The notes below the pieces were generated by a model. It searched no databases and had not been told where the DNA came from. It saw only the letters and a list, made by a program, of their open reading frames with translations. The translations under genes and the position numbers were made by a program. A DNA stretch of 64,000 bases from Candidatus Multivoradales bacterium (GTDB lineage Bacteria > Acidobacteriota > Thermoanaerobaculia > Multivoradales > JAHEKO01). The stretch is taken from NCBI GenBank assembly GCA_965223855.1, contig CBDCXM010000008.1, positions 32,001 to 96,000 of the forward strand. The letters are read 5' to 3'. Shown piece by piece: positions 39,388 through 49,937 of this stretch (position 1 is the first letter of the stretch; the number at the start of each line of letters is the position of its first letter).

Positions 39388-39880
39388 GAAAACGCTCGCT
39401 TCGGATCCGAGCCAGCTTCTCGAGGACTCTCGGCGGCACCAGCCCGGTGAGATCGCCGCCGAGCATGAACACCTCCTTGACGAGACGACTCGAGAGGTAG
39501 ATGCAGTCCTCGCGCGGCATCATGAACACCGTCTCCACCTCAGGGTTGAGCCGCCGGTTCATGAGAGCCATCTGAAACTCGTACTCGAAGTCCGACACGG
39601 CGCGAAGGCCACGCACGATCGTCCGCGCGCCGACCGAATCCATGTAGTCGACGAGCAGGCCCGAGAAGCTCTCCGTTCGGCAGTCGTCGTAGCCTTCGAG
39701 CTCGGCGTCGATCATCGCTACCCGCTCCTCGGTCGAGAAGGAGGGCACTTTCTCCTCGTTGCTGAGGACCGCAACGATGGTCTCGTCGAACACCTTCCGG
39801 CAGCGTTCGACGATGTCGAGATGGCCGTTGTGGATCGGATCGAAGGAACCCGCGTAGACGGCGATCCTTGAGTGGCTCAC
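39380..39880 (-). CDS. coaD: Pantetheine-phosphate adenylyltransferase
   Basis: 'YAGSFDPIHNGHLDI', 'RGLRAVSDFEYE' and 'SSRLVKE'. Confidence 0.95.
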   Translation of the reverse strand: MSHSRIAVYAGSFDPIHNGHLDIVERCRKVFDETIVAVLSNEEKVPSFSTEERVAMIDAELEGYDDCRTESFSGLLVDYMDSVGARTIVRGLRAVSDFEYEFQMALMNRRLNPEVETVFMMPREDCIYLSSRLVKEVFMLGGDLTGLVPPRVLEKLARIRSERFPG

Positions 39881-42079
39881 GGCGTCTCCTCCCGCACCTC
39901 GAAGGTCGTCGAGTTGAACGCGGCGTCCATGACACGAAGCAGGACGAGACCCGCATCGGGCTGAGGCTCGACGACCAGAGTCTCCGACTTGCCGTCGAGC
40001 AGGCCGTCCTCGGACCTCGCGGGCGACCACTCTCCCGCATCGATCGACACCTCGGCGCTGCGAATCGGGCTCAGCGCGTCGGCCACCCGGACCGTTCGCC
40101 CGGTGACGAGGTCGAGACTCGGAGGTGAGTGATCGACCACCACAGGCGCCGAGGTCATGGCCACCTCTCTGCCCTCCGACTCGTCGTTGGCGCCTCCGTC
40201 GCTGGCCGTCAGCTGGAATCGGTAGACGCCGTCGGGCAGCACCGTGGCATCGAAGCCGTAGTAGGTCTCGTCGATACCCTCAGCGAGGGGAAACCACCGC
40301 TGCGCGCCACGGCCTGGCTCGGGACGGAAGTGAAGGTCGTACTCGAGCGGGTCGCCGTTCGCGTCCTCGGCCTCCCAACGCAGGGTCAGGTATCCCTTTC
40401 GCCAGAGTGTCTTGAGCCTGCCGTTCGAGCCTCGCTGCGTCGGCTCGAGGACGGTGAACATCCCTTCCCGGTCCGGATGAGCCGGCTCGTAGATCTGGTC
40501 TCCGGGGTTGAAGGACGACGGCACCAGCACCTGCCCTGGAGCCATCGCTTCGAACGAGCGAATCGTCGGCGCACGATTGTGCTGCCGGTACGAGACCTCG
40601 ACAGAGGTCACCGCCGCCTGCTCCCCGAAGCCAGGGCTCGAGCTGGAGACGCCACTGCACGTAGCGCCCTGCCGGCACCTCGGCGAGGTCGATCTCGCGA
40701 CCGCTCCGCGCTGCGCTCCAGCCCGACCAGGTTCGATCGGGAGTCGAACTCGAGCCGCTGCGAACGCTGAAAAGGACGGCGGACTCGTCGTCGGCCGATC
40801 CGAGCCACCGCAGACGACCGAAGCGGGCGGTCGCCTCGGCATCGAGCGGCTGGCTGAGGTAGGTGCCGCCCTGCCCGCGGCCGGCGGCGGTGTAGACCGC
40901 AGCGCCGTTCGTCGTCACCAGAGACGCCGGCTCGCCCCCGAAGAGGGCGACGACCTGCCGGTCTCCGGCCGTCGCCTCCAGCGACAGCCCCTCCGGATAG
41001 AGAGAGTAGACCTTCCCTTCGACGCCGGTGCCGAGCCAGACCCGCCCGTCGATCCAGGCCAGGGCATAGCCGGTCTCCTCGTCGAGCCTGGCGACCTCCT
41101 CCGCTCCGGTGGCACCGCGACCCGCGAGGAGGATCGTACGTGGAGTCGACGCGGCGCTGTCCACACTCTCTGCCGGTTCCACCGAGACCTCCACGGCAGG
41201 CTCCTGAGCCGAGCCCCCGTTCGCGCCCTGCCGCGGCGCCGAAAGCGAGGCTTCCGACGACACCGCTGCCGCGAACCACCGTCCCTCCGGTGAGGCTGCG
41301 AAACCGACGACCTCCGGCAGGTCGGAGTCGTACACGGTGCGGACCGAGCCGTCGGCGGTGAGCGAGAGAACGCGCCCCTCACCGGACGTGCCAACGAGAA
41401 CCTGGTCGCCGACCGCGAGCAGACTTCGCAGGTGGGGTTCCTCGCTCTCGTAGAGCAGGGTCGAGGCGCCGTCGCCGTCGATCGCGTAGAGATGCCCCGG
41501 ATCGCCGGTCGCGACGATCAGTTCGCCCCAGGGAGCGCGGGCGATGGACCAGACGTAGGTCGCCTCGGGATCGAAGATCTTCTCCGCCTCCCCGTTCTCG
41601 AGCCCACCGGATTCGAGTTCACCGGACTCGAGTTCATAGACTCCCCCTCGCGGCGACGAGCCGACGTAGACCGCCCCCTCCTCGGCATGGAGCGCGAAGA
41701 TCTCCGGCTCGGGAGCCGTCCACGCGGTCCGGACACTGCCGTCGTCGCCCACTTCGAGAAGACGGCCGGCGTTCCCGGTTCCGAGCCACCAGCCGTTGGG
41801 CGAACGCACGGCGGAGAAGACATAGGGCTCCTCGATTTCTGCACCGCGCTCGAAGCGGGTCGCGGGCCGTAGCGCACCTTCCGCCGTGAGAGCCAATCCC
41901 TCCAGGGTTCCTCTCGAGAGCTCCGCGCGCGTTCGCTGCCGGAAGATCCTCGTCTCCGTTGCCTCGAGAAGTCCGGCCAGGGTCGAGAGCGTCACCACCC
42001 AGATCCAGATCGCCCTACGGCCCCGGCGGTTGCCCTTGCGAGCTCGAGTCGTGTTCATCGGTTGTTTCCCTCTCGTCAT
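39877..42079 (-). pseudogene. Secreted beta-propeller / FN3-like protein, frameshifted near 40635 (probably an assembly error)
   Basis: The ORFs 40280..42508 and 39877..40842 join at 'RYVQWRLQLE|PGFGEQAAVTSVEVSY' within a CCC run. Confidence 0.7.
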
Positions 42080-43938
42080 CGTCGCCCCGCCGAGGAGGCG
42101 TCCCAGTTCGGCTCGCGGCGCACGTCGAGATCCACACGCAGCAGGCCGGCCAACGGCCTGCCGGCGTCCATCGACGCCTTCTGCCGCACCGCCGCGCCGA
42201 TCGGCTTCGAGGCCCCCGAGGGAGCCCGCCAGAGCGAGCGGATCGATCCGGGGAGTCGCGCCAGCGGCTCGCCGTCGACGACCCATCCAGCCTGCGGCGA
42301 GACTCCCAGCAGAGCCAGGCGCTGCCGACTCTCGAGCCCGTCGAGAAACTCCAGAGCCTGATCCAGCGTCCGGGGCACTGAAGCTTCGAGTTCCAGCCGC
42401 GCGGCGTCGATGCTCGCTCCATCTCCGACGAGCACGAAGTAGCGTCCCGTCTCGAGATCGTCCGGCACGGTGACCTCCATGGAACGGCGTATCGACTCGC
42501 CCCGCCACGGCTGCAGTTCGACGTGGATTCGGGTCGTCTCGCCCGGCGCGAGCAGCGGGCGTGATGCGTGAGCCGCCACGATCTGAGCGGCTCTGCGCTC
42601 GAGTTCGACATCGATCTCGACCGCGATCCGCTCCAGACGGGCTTCCCCGAGGCCGTTGTTCTGCAGATAGACGATCACGTTGAGCAGGTGCACAACCGCT
42701 TCCAGGCTGGCGACGGGGCCGTCGAAGACCTGCTCGATCTCGAGCGACCGGCGGTCGGCGATCTCGATCGACGCTCGCAGCGCGACACTACGCTCGCCTC
42801 CGGCACCGATCGTCGTGTCGATCGCACCGAGGACGGAGGTCGCCGCCAGCGAACCGGTGATGGCGGGAACCGACGCCAACCGCATCGAATAGCTGCGCTC
42901 GACGCCTGCATCGACCTTCACCTCGAGCGGGATCATCGGGGTCTCCCTACCCACGGTGCCGCTCACGCCGGGGGGTCGGTCACGGTCGAAGGCCCCCACG
43001 ATCCTCCCGAGGTTCCCGATCTTGAAGGAACTCGCGATCGACGGGATGACGGTGACGATCTCCGCCTCCGCCATCGGTACCTCGATGTCGCCAAGGCCGA
43101 GGAACGGGTGCCCGAACGCGAGCACCGTGTCTCCGGAACGCTCCGTGACGGTCCCCGTGGCCGCGAGCCTCAGGTCGCCGTCGACGAGGACGGCTGCGAC
43201 CGCGCTTCCTCCCTCGAGGGCCGTCGCTCCGGGTTCGGCCGATTCCATGCGGCCCGCTGAGGCGACGGGACCGACCACCTCCTCGAGCAGCTGAGTCACC
43301 CGTCCGCCGAAACCGGCCGTCGTCCACAGGAGTCCTCTGCCGCGCTCCGGGGTTCCGACCCCGGTTCCAGCCCCGGTTCCGGCCAGCGGGCCCATCGCTG
43401 CGGTCAGCCGCTCGCGCAACTGCACCTCGGACCCTTCGAAGGCGACGAGGTCCTCCATGGTGACCTTGCCCGTCGGCGGCCCCGCCGTCGCGGGCTGCAG
43501 CGCCCCCGGCCCACCGGCCGAGATCGCGCGCATGCTCTCGATCGGCGTCACTCCGGCGATCGGCTCCTTGGCGAACGGCCAACTGAAGGCCACCGCACCG
43601 ACCAGCCTGCCGTCGATGTAGACAGGGCTGCCACTCATGCCGGCGATGACACCGCTCTCCTCGAGACCTCGACCTTCGAGGCGCGCGAGAACGTAGGACG
43701 AGTCGGGACTGATGTCGCGCCACACGCCGAGCAGCTCGACCTCGAAGCGCTCCGGCTCGTCCCCGGCGAACACCGACCATCCTTCGCCGCGCTGGCCCCG
43801 CTCCACTTCCGCGAGCGGCAGGATCTCGGCCGGTTGCGTCGCTCCCGCCGAGGCGACCGCGAACGCCACTGCCGCCGCCGCGACGACCCGGCGCACGGCG
43901 CCGGGCGCCAGCTCGAGAGTGCACAGTTTCGGTTGCAT
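42076..43938 (-). CDS. SpoIVB-like S55 peptidase
   Basis: 'GVIAGMSGSPVYIDGRLVGAV' and 'AFGHPF'. Confidence 0.88.
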   Translation of the reverse strand: MQPKLCTLELAPGAVRRVVAAAAVAFAVASAGATQPAEILPLAEVERGQRGEGWSVFAGDEPERFEVELLGVWRDISPDSSYVLARLEGRGLEESGVIAGMSGSPVYIDGRLVGAVAFSWPFAKEPIAGVTPIESMRAISAGGPGALQPATAGPPTGKVTMEDLVAFEGSEVQLRERLTAAMGPLAGTGAGTGVGTPERGRGLLWTTAGFGGRVTQLLEEVVGPVASAGRMESAEPGATALEGGSAVAAVLVDGDLRLAATGTVTERSGDTVLAFGHPFLGLGDIEVPMAEAEIVTVIPSIASSFKIGNLGRIVGAFDRDRPPGVSGTVGRETPMIPLEVKVDAGVERSYSMRLASVPAITGSLAATSVLGAIDTTIGAGGERSVALRASIEIADRRSLEIEQVFDGPVASLEAVVHLLNVIVYLQNNGLGEARLERIAVEIDVELERRAAQIVAAHASRPLLAPGETTRIHVELQPWRGESIRRSMEVTVPDDLETGRYFVLVGDGASIDAARLELEASVPRTLDQALEFLDGLESRQRLALLGVSPQAGWVVDGEPLARLPGSIRSLWRAPSGASKPIGAAVRQKASMDAGRPLAGLLRVDLDVRREPNWDASSAGRR

Positions 43939-44027
43939 TTCAGAAACGTCTCGCCACCACTACGTCAACGCGCTGATTCCTCAGAGATTTCCACAGAAAC
44001 TGCGGAAAACCGCCCGCGCACAATAGC

Positions 44028-44645
44028 TCACTCTGTCGGGTCGAAGTCGTAGCGACCCCGCCGCAGCACCTGCCAGCCACCCTCGTCATGTCGAACCAGA
44101 GTCGATGGAGCGCCTCCGGGCAGGACACCGTCGTCGAGGATCCACGCATCGGCGCCTCGAAGCAGAGGCTGCAGGGCCGTCGGCTCGAGAATCGCGGGTT
44201 GCCCCGACCGGTTGGCACTGGTCGCTGTCAGCGCGAGGTCGAGTTGGAGCAGCAGCCCTCGTAGTGCGGCATGCTTCGGGACCCTCACGGCCAGAGTCTC
44301 CCCTCCGCCCGCGGCCGCGACGCGGCGCGTGAGCGGCGCGATCAGACTCAAGGCTGCGGGCCAGGCGGCGATCACCGGTTCGAAGGCTGGATCATCGAGT
44401 TCGACGCCCAGAGACTCGAAAGCGGTGCGGTTCCCGCCGACGACCGGAAGCGGTTCTCCCTCCGGACGGCGTTTCAGATCGAAAACCTGCCGCACGGCTC
44501 GCTCGTCGTCGGGCCGCACCGCAAGGCCGTAGCTCGACTCGGTCGGGATCGCCAGCACGCCACCGCGATCGAGGCACGCCCGAAGGGGCTCCACGGGATC
44601 GCCCCAGCGCCAGGTTCGCGTTTCCCGGACCCGCCCGACGGCCAT
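44028..44645 (-). CDS. tsaC: L-threonylcarbamoyladenylate synthase (YrdC/Sua5)
   Basis: 'PTESSYGL', 'LKRR', 'ATSANRSG' and 'PST'. Confidence 0.88.
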   Translation of the reverse strand: MAVGRVRETRTWRWGDPVEPLRACLDRGGVLAIPTESSYGLAVRPDDERAVRQVFDLKRRPEGEPLPVVGGNRTAFESLGVELDDPAFEPVIAAWPAALSLIAPLTRRVAAAGGGETLAVRVPKHAALRGLLLQLDLALTATSANRSGQPAILEPTALQPLLRGADAWILDDGVLPGGAPSTLVRHDEGGWQVLRRGRYDFDPTE

Positions 44646-44749
44646 GGCGGTAGCTTAGCCTGAGTTCGCCGACTCTCCACCGACGCCGGCAGACCCCAAC
44701 CCGCTACCCTGCCCGGACCGTCCGCGCCGAAGGCCCTGACAGCCCGGCT

Positions 44750-45805
44750 TCAGCGAATCTCGACGAGATAGCTCTCGACGACCGTCGATTCACCCTCGCC
44801 ACCCAGGCGGCCGATCAACTCGATGGTGTAGGAGCCGGCTTCGAACGTACCGGTCGGGACCGACACCGTGAAAGTGCCGAGTTCGTCCCGCAGCGGCGCT
44901 TCCCTCGACGCCCACACTTCCGCCCCGGCCGCGTCGACGATTCGCATTCGCTCGAGCCGGTCGTCTCCGGCCGCGCCCGAGTTGAGGATCAGAGCTACCG
45001 CTCCGGCCGACCGCTCGAGGACGGTGGCGCTGTCCGAAGGCGTCTCCCCCCGCAGCACCATGTCACCGGGGTAGAGATCGATGACGGGGAGGTTGGCTCG
45101 AGGCTGCTCGAGTGCCGCGATCTGCTCGCCCAGCCGTACGATCTGCTCCTCCTGTCTGGCCACCTGATCGACGAGGTCGCTCTTGCCGGCGGCGAGCTGC
45201 TCGTTCTCGAGACGCAGCTCTTCGATCTGCTGACGCGCCTCCTCCCCTCCCTCGCCCGCCGGCTGCGGCGCGGGGTCGCGCTCCTCGAGCGCCTCTTCGA
45301 GGCGAGACTCGACGTCGGCGAGACGCGCCTCACCCTCGGACAGTCGGCTCCACTGCCACCCGGCGAGGGCGAGGGAAGCGGCACCTACGATCGACGCTGC
45401 GAGGGCAAGTCGCCTCCACCCGCTCGCCGCTGCGGTCGCAGGGGCGAACCGTCCGGCGACGACATTGCCGTCGGCGGGAGCCTCGGCGCCACGGCTCCGG
45501 TCGAGAGCGTCACGGCTCTCCACCAGCAGCTCGTACTCCTCGCGCGCGCCCGGGGACGCTGCCAGATGCCGCTCGATGAGATCCGCCGGCAGCCCTTCCG
45601 TCACGCCGTCGAAGACGTAGGAGACCAGCGCTTCGGCCGGCAAGCGATGCCCGAAGATCCGCGCTGCTTCGCGAACCTGCTCCAGCTCGGCGCGCAGCTC
45701 TTCGGATCGGGCGAGTTCGCGCTCGACCTCGAGCCTCTCGTCCTCCGACAGCGTGCCGTTCAGGAAGAACGGCAACTTCTCGATGATGGATCTTGGAATC
45801 GACAT
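44750..45805 (-). CDS. Membrane anti-sigma factor: two degenerate zf-HC2-like repeats, TM helix, coiled coil and extracytoplasmic domain
   Basis: 'LPFFLNGTLSEDERLEVERELARS' and 'ALVSYV...IERHLAASPGAREE'. TM 'WRRLALAASIVGAASLALAGW'. Directly after the ECF sigma gene. Confidence 0.75.
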   Translation of the reverse strand: MSIPRSIIEKLPFFLNGTLSEDERLEVERELARSEELRAELEQVREAARIFGHRLPAEALVSYVFDGVTEGLPADLIERHLAASPGAREEYELLVESRDALDRSRGAEAPADGNVVAGRFAPATAAASGWRRLALAASIVGAASLALAGWQWSRLSEGEARLADVESRLEEALEERDPAPQPAGEGGEEARQQIEELRLENEQLAAGKSDLVDQVARQEEQIVRLGEQIAALEQPRANLPVIDLYPGDMVLRGETPSDSATVLERSAGAVALILNSGAAGDDRLERMRIVDAAGAEVWASREAPLRDELGTFTVSVPTGTFEAGSYTIELIGRLGGEGESTVVESYLVEIR

Positions 45806-45849
45806 GGGAGTTCAACCTCTCGGATGGATGTTTCCCCTCGCCTCAAACG

Positions 45850-45874
45850 GGCGTCCGAGACCGCGGATTGTTAC
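45850..45874 (-). promoter_or_regulatory. Possible ECF promoter overlapping the sigma stop codon and driving the anti-sigma gene
   Basis: GTAAC-N16-CGCC on the minus strand. Confidence 0.3.
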
Positions 45875-46431
45875 GCCCCCTCGTCCAGCAATTCGTCTCT
45901 CACTTCGATCGCCTTCTTGCGACACCGAAGAACCCTCACCCGCAGCGCCCCCTCCTTGACGTCCAGGGCGTTGCTCATCTCGCGGTAGCTCAACCCTTCG
46001 ATCAGCATTCGCCACATCTCCTTGCACTCCTCCGACACCCGCTCGAGGACCCGAGTGACGAGATCGGTCGTCGCCAGAGACGGGCGTTCCTGCTGCCTTC
46101 TGAGATCGACGATCTCCTGCGCTTCCGTGGACTCCTCGACATCGGTCCACATCCAGCGCGAAACTTTCCTCACCTGGTCCAGGCAGGAGTGGTTGACCAC
46201 CCTCCAGACATAGGTCTTGAGGTTGGCCTCGCCGCGGAACTGACCGCTCGAGAAGACCTTGAAGACCTCGAGCCGGACGTCCTGCAGCACGTCGTCCCAC
46301 TGCGAGGACAGACGGCGGAAGAAGGGGCGCGCCGCACTCTGGATCCACTGGTCCACCTCGGCGACGACCTCGGGGTCGCCGTCCAGATAGGCCCCGATCC
46401 TGCTGTCCCTCTCGCCACTCAAGCGGTCCAC
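45871..46431 (-). CDS. ECF RNA polymerase sigma factor
   Basis: 'WDDVLQDV', 'FRGEANLKTYVWRVVNHSCLD' and 'EGLSYREMS...GALRVRVLRCRKK'. Confidence 0.88.
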   Translation of the reverse strand: MDRLSGERDSRIGAYLDGDPEVVAEVDQWIQSAARPFFRRLSSQWDDVLQDVRLEVFKVFSSGQFRGEANLKTYVWRVVNHSCLDQVRKVSRWMWTDVEESTEAQEIVDLRRQQERPSLATTDLVTRVLERVSEECKEMWRMLIEGLSYREMSNALDVKEGALRVRVLRCRKKAIEVRDELLDEGA

Positions 46432-46530
46432 CCCCCTCTGGTGTATCGTTCTGGACGCGCGCCAATGCTGTCCGACGGTCAGGGTGAAGTCAATGAACAG
46501 CGGGGCGAGGCGTCTCTGCAACCACGGCTC

Positions 46531-49500
46531 ATGATGTCGTCCGGGGCTCGGGAACCGCTCCAGACGCAGGCGCGTACCTGGTCCGTCATGGCATCACTGG
46601 CGGTCGTCATCGCCTGCGCGGGAGCCCGGCCTGTAGAGAAGTCCGACGTTCCAGGGGCAACCCTGGAACCGGGTGCAGCGGTCGACCTCGACCTCGATGC
46701 CGGAGGTCGTTGGTCCACTCGGGTGATCGTCGACGTCGAGAGCTACGCAGTGGTCGTGGCCGAGCAGCTAGGTATCGACGTCGCCGTTGAGTTGATCGAT
46801 GCAAAAGGAACGGTCCTCGAGCGCGTGGACGGAGACTCCGGCATCGGCGTCGAGGAACGCCTCGCCGCACGACTTCGGCCCGGGCGGCACCAGCTAAGGC
46901 TGACCGCCTACGACGGGGGTCCGGAGCGAGGACGGGTCCGCCTGCACCTGGAGACCCTTCGGGGTTGGGAGACCGACGACGATCGAAGGATCCAGCTCCA
47001 GAAGATCGCTCAACGTGCGAACCACCTCGACGGGCAGAACTCCAAAGTGATGTGGGAAGAGGCGCTGGATCTCAGCCTTGCCGAGGTCGCCGGCTGGCGG
47101 GCCCTTGGCGACGAGCGACCGCGGATCCGAGCCCTGCTCAGATTGATGACCCTCGAGAGGGAGCTGACCTCGATCTCGGACTCGCTGCGGCACGGAAGGG
47201 AGGCCCTCGCAGCGAGTCGCGCTCTCGGTGAGCCGTACCTCGAGGCACTGAGTCAGTACTGGTTGGGCGTCGGCCTCTCTACCGCCGGTCGACAAGAGGA
47301 AGCTGTGGAGAGACTGGAGGCTGCCCTGGCCCTTGCTACGGCCGGCCGACACCATGCTCTGGCAGGCATGACCCTCAACTACCTGGGGCGAGTCGCCACG
47401 CGCCGCGGGCTGCTGAGCCGAGGCCACCGCTACTACGAACAGGCCCTCGAAGAGGCGAGAAAGGGGCAGGACCTGCGCCGAGTCGCCTCCATCCTCAACA
47501 ACCTCGCCCTTGCGGCACGACGAGGGGGGAACTTCCAGCAGGCTCTCGCAAGCTACGAGGAGTCGATCAGAATCTCCGACCTCACCGGCATCGCGGGCGA
47601 CGAGTTCTCGGCGCTCTCGAACCTTGCCTACCTGTACTTCGCTCGAGGACAGTGGGAGGAGGCCCTCGATACCTGGCGTGACGGTCTGCGGCGAGCAGAA
47701 GCACTGGCAGACGAACGCAAGGTGGTGACTCTCAGCCGCGCCCTCGGCGAAGCGCTTTCGAGCCTTGGTGACACGGAAAGGGCACGGCCCCTGCTCCAAC
47801 GAGCCGCAGAGATCGCCGGCCGCAGAAACGATCCCACAGCCGAAATGGGAGCGTTGACATCCCTGGCCTGGGCGGAGGTCGCAGCGAGACGGCTCGAGGC
47901 CGCCAGGGCTACGTTCCTCTCCGCGATCCTCGTAGCGCAGTCTGCGGATCTCAACGAGACCCGTTGTCAGGTGGGACTTGCCACCGTCGCCCTTCTCGCT
48001 AACGACCCTCTTGAAGCCTCCAGGATCGTCGAATCGGCAATGAACTCCGGCGTCGAACTCGTCCCTGAGGCAAGAGCCCGGCTGGCCCTGATCGCGAGTC
48101 GCGCGACGTTGGCCCAGGGGCTTCTGGCACCTGCAACGCAGTGGCTGACCCGGGGGGTCGAAGCTCTCGGTCCGGGATCCACGCCGCGTCTGCGATTCGA
48201 ACTGGCGCTCCACCAGGCGCACCTGGAGCGAGCGCGCGGACAGACCGAGGAGGCGCTCAACGCCGTCCTCTTTTCGCTGGAGATCCTCGAGTCTCTTCGC
48301 TCCGGCCTCTCCGATGCCGACCTCAGAGCCACCTACCTCGGAAGAGTCCGGGAGGCCTTCGACCTGGCGGTCGAGATCCGTCTCGAGCTGGCACAGTCTC
48401 AGCCGAGCGCCGGCCACGAAGAGGAGGCTTTCCAGCTCGCAGAACTGGCGAGAGCCAGAAGCCTCGCAGAGTTGCTCAGAACAGCCGAGTCCGGAGCCCA
48501 GAACCGCGTTCCTCGGGCTCTGATCGACCGGGAGCGAGACTCCCTGGCGGCAGTGGCCTATGCCCAGCAGGCTCTGACAGCGGCGATCGACACTCGAGCG
48601 GAGGCAGGAAGGCTCGACGAACTCCAACGAGCTCTGGACGCAGCACGCGACCAGCTCTCACGCGACGCAGCAGTACTCCGACGGGAAGCTCCCCGGTATG
48701 CCTCCATACGCTATCCGGACCCGATCACTGTTCGCGAGATCGCGGAAGTGCTCGACCCCGATGAGGCCCTTGTGCAATACGTTCTCACTGCGGACAGGGC
48801 TCTAGCCTTCGCTGTGACAAGCGACGGGCTAGTCTCCGTCGCGTTCCCTGACGCCGGCGAAGTCGGGCCGCTCGTGCATTCGATGAGAGCGGCTCTCGTC
48901 CAGCCCGCCCGTCGCTCGTTCGGGCGTCTTCAGGCACTGGCGAAGGAACTCGGGGCCGCGCTCGTCGATCCGCTGCTCGAGTCAACCGCAGGACGCACAC
49001 GCTGGATCGTCATTCCCGACGGCCCTCTCCACTACTTGCCTTTCGAGGCCCTCATGGTCCGGCTTCGCGGTCTGCCCGACTCAGAGCCAGGCTACTTCGT
49101 CGAGTCTCACTCCGTCGTCTATGCACCCTCGGCCGGCGTTTGGCGAGAGCTTCGTCGTGAGGTCCGAAGCGCCAGGAGTGCGCGAGGACACTTCGTCGCG
49201 TTGGCGGATCCCGACACTACCTACCTGAGATCAGGTGGGAAGACCGCGACCAGCTGGCGTCGGCTACCTGGCGCCAGGCGAGAGGTTCAAGAGATCGCAG
49301 CAGCCATCCAAAGACCCGCTCATCTCTGGATCGGGAGCGAGGCCACCGAGGACGCCTTGAGATCACGGCTCGATCTTGTCGAGACCGCACAGTGGATTCA
49401 CTTCGCCGCTCACGCCCAAGTGTCGGAAAACCGTCCAGCGGACTCATCAATCATTCTCGGATCCAGCGAGAGCCTCGGCGCCAGCGACGGCTATCTGTCC

Positions 49501-49836
49501 GTAGCTGAGGCGTTCGAACTCACTTTGCAGGCTGACCTCGTCGTGCTCTCCGGTTGCGAAACAGCACTCGGCAGGAACGTCCGAGGGGAAGGCCTACTTG
49601 GACTGACGCGCGCCTTTCTCTATGCCGGCGCTCGGGCGATCGGAGTCAATCTGTGGAAAGTCGCGGATTCGACCTCACCTCAGCTGATGATCGACTTTTA
49701 TCAGGGGCTCTCCAAGGGAGAGTCGGCAGCGAGTTCTCTGCGCGGGGCAAAACTGCAGGCCCTAGAAGATCCTGCGCGGGCGCATCCGTTCCATTGGGCG
49801 CCGTTCGTCCTGATCGGAGCACCGGAAGCGGGCTGA
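46531..49836 (+). CDS. TPR-CHAT (caspase-like) protease, probable lipoprotein with N-terminal PPC-like domain
   Basis: Lipobox-like 'AVVIAC', many TPRs ('ILNNLA', 'ALSNLA'), 'ARARSL', 'IIPDGPLHYLPFEAL'-like 'VIPDGPLHYLPFEAL', catalytic 'HFAAHA' and 'LSGCETALG', and 'HPFHWAPF'. The 45793 start overlaps the sigma gene and is rejected. Confidence 0.9.
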   Translation: MMSSGAREPLQTQARTWSVMASLAVVIACAGARPVEKSDVPGATLEPGAAVDLDLDAGGRWSTRVIVDVESYAVVVAEQLGIDVAVELIDAKGTVLERVDGDSGIGVEERLAARLRPGRHQLRLTAYDGGPERGRVRLHLETLRGWETDDDRRIQLQKIAQRANHLDGQNSKVMWEEALDLSLAEVAGWRALGDERPRIRALLRLMTLERELTSISDSLRHGREALAASRALGEPYLEALSQYWLGVGLSTAGRQEEAVERLEAALALATAGRHHALAGMTLNYLGRVATRRGLLSRGHRYYEQALEEARKGQDLRRVASILNNLALAARRGGNFQQALASYEESIRISDLTGIAGDEFSALSNLAYLYFARGQWEEALDTWRDGLRRAEALADERKVVTLSRALGEALSSLGDTERARPLLQRAAEIAGRRNDPTAEMGALTSLAWAEVAARRLEAARATFLSAILVAQSADLNETRCQVGLATVALLANDPLEASRIVESAMNSGVELVPEARARLALIASRATLAQGLLAPATQWLTRGVEALGPGSTPRLRFELALHQAHLERARGQTEEALNAVLFSLEILESLRSGLSDADLRATYLGRVREAFDLAVEIRLELAQSQPSAGHEEEAFQLAELARARSLAELLRTAESGAQNRVPRALIDRERDSLAAVAYAQQALTAAIDTRAEAGRLDELQRALDAARDQLSRDAAVLRREAPRYASIRYPDPITVREIAEVLDPDEALVQYVLTADRALAFAVTSDGLVSVAFPDAGEVGPLVHSMRAALVQPARRSFGRLQALAKELGAALVDPLLESTAGRTRWIVIPDGPLHYLPFEALMVRLRGLPDSEPGYFVESHSVVYAPSAGVWRELRREVRSARSARGHFVALADPDTTYLRSGGKTATSWRRLPGARREVQEIAAAIQRPAHLWIGSEATEDALRSRLDLVETAQWIHFAAHAQVSENRPADSSIILGSSESLGASDGYLSVAEAFELTLQADLVVLSGCETALGRNVRGEGLLGLTRAFLYAGARAIGVNLWKVADSTSPQLMIDFYQGLSKGESAASSLRGAKLQALEDPARAHPFHWAPFVLIGAPEAG

Positions 49837-49867
49837 CAGGCGAGTCCTGTCAAACCGCCTGTCAGCC
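49831..49867. terminator. Perfect 12-bp inverted repeat between the convergent CHAT and micropeptide genes
   Basis: GGCTGACAGGCG-N13-CGCCTGTCAGCC, with an alternative inner arm CCTGTCA. Confidence 0.6.
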
Positions 49868-49874
49868 AGGTTCT

Positions 49875-49937
49875 TCAGCTTCCGGTTCCACCTCCGGTGG
49901 TACCTTCGTCGTCCTCTTCGTCGCCTGGCATTCTCAT
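49875..49937 (-). CDS. Putative 20-aa acidic micropeptide MRMPGDEEDDEGTTGGGTGS
   Basis: GAGGAGG RBS 5 nt before ATG. Stop lies just before the hairpin. Internal start within the 63-aa ORF of the track. Confidence 0.55.
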   Translation of the reverse strand: MRMPGDEEDDEGTTGGGTGS

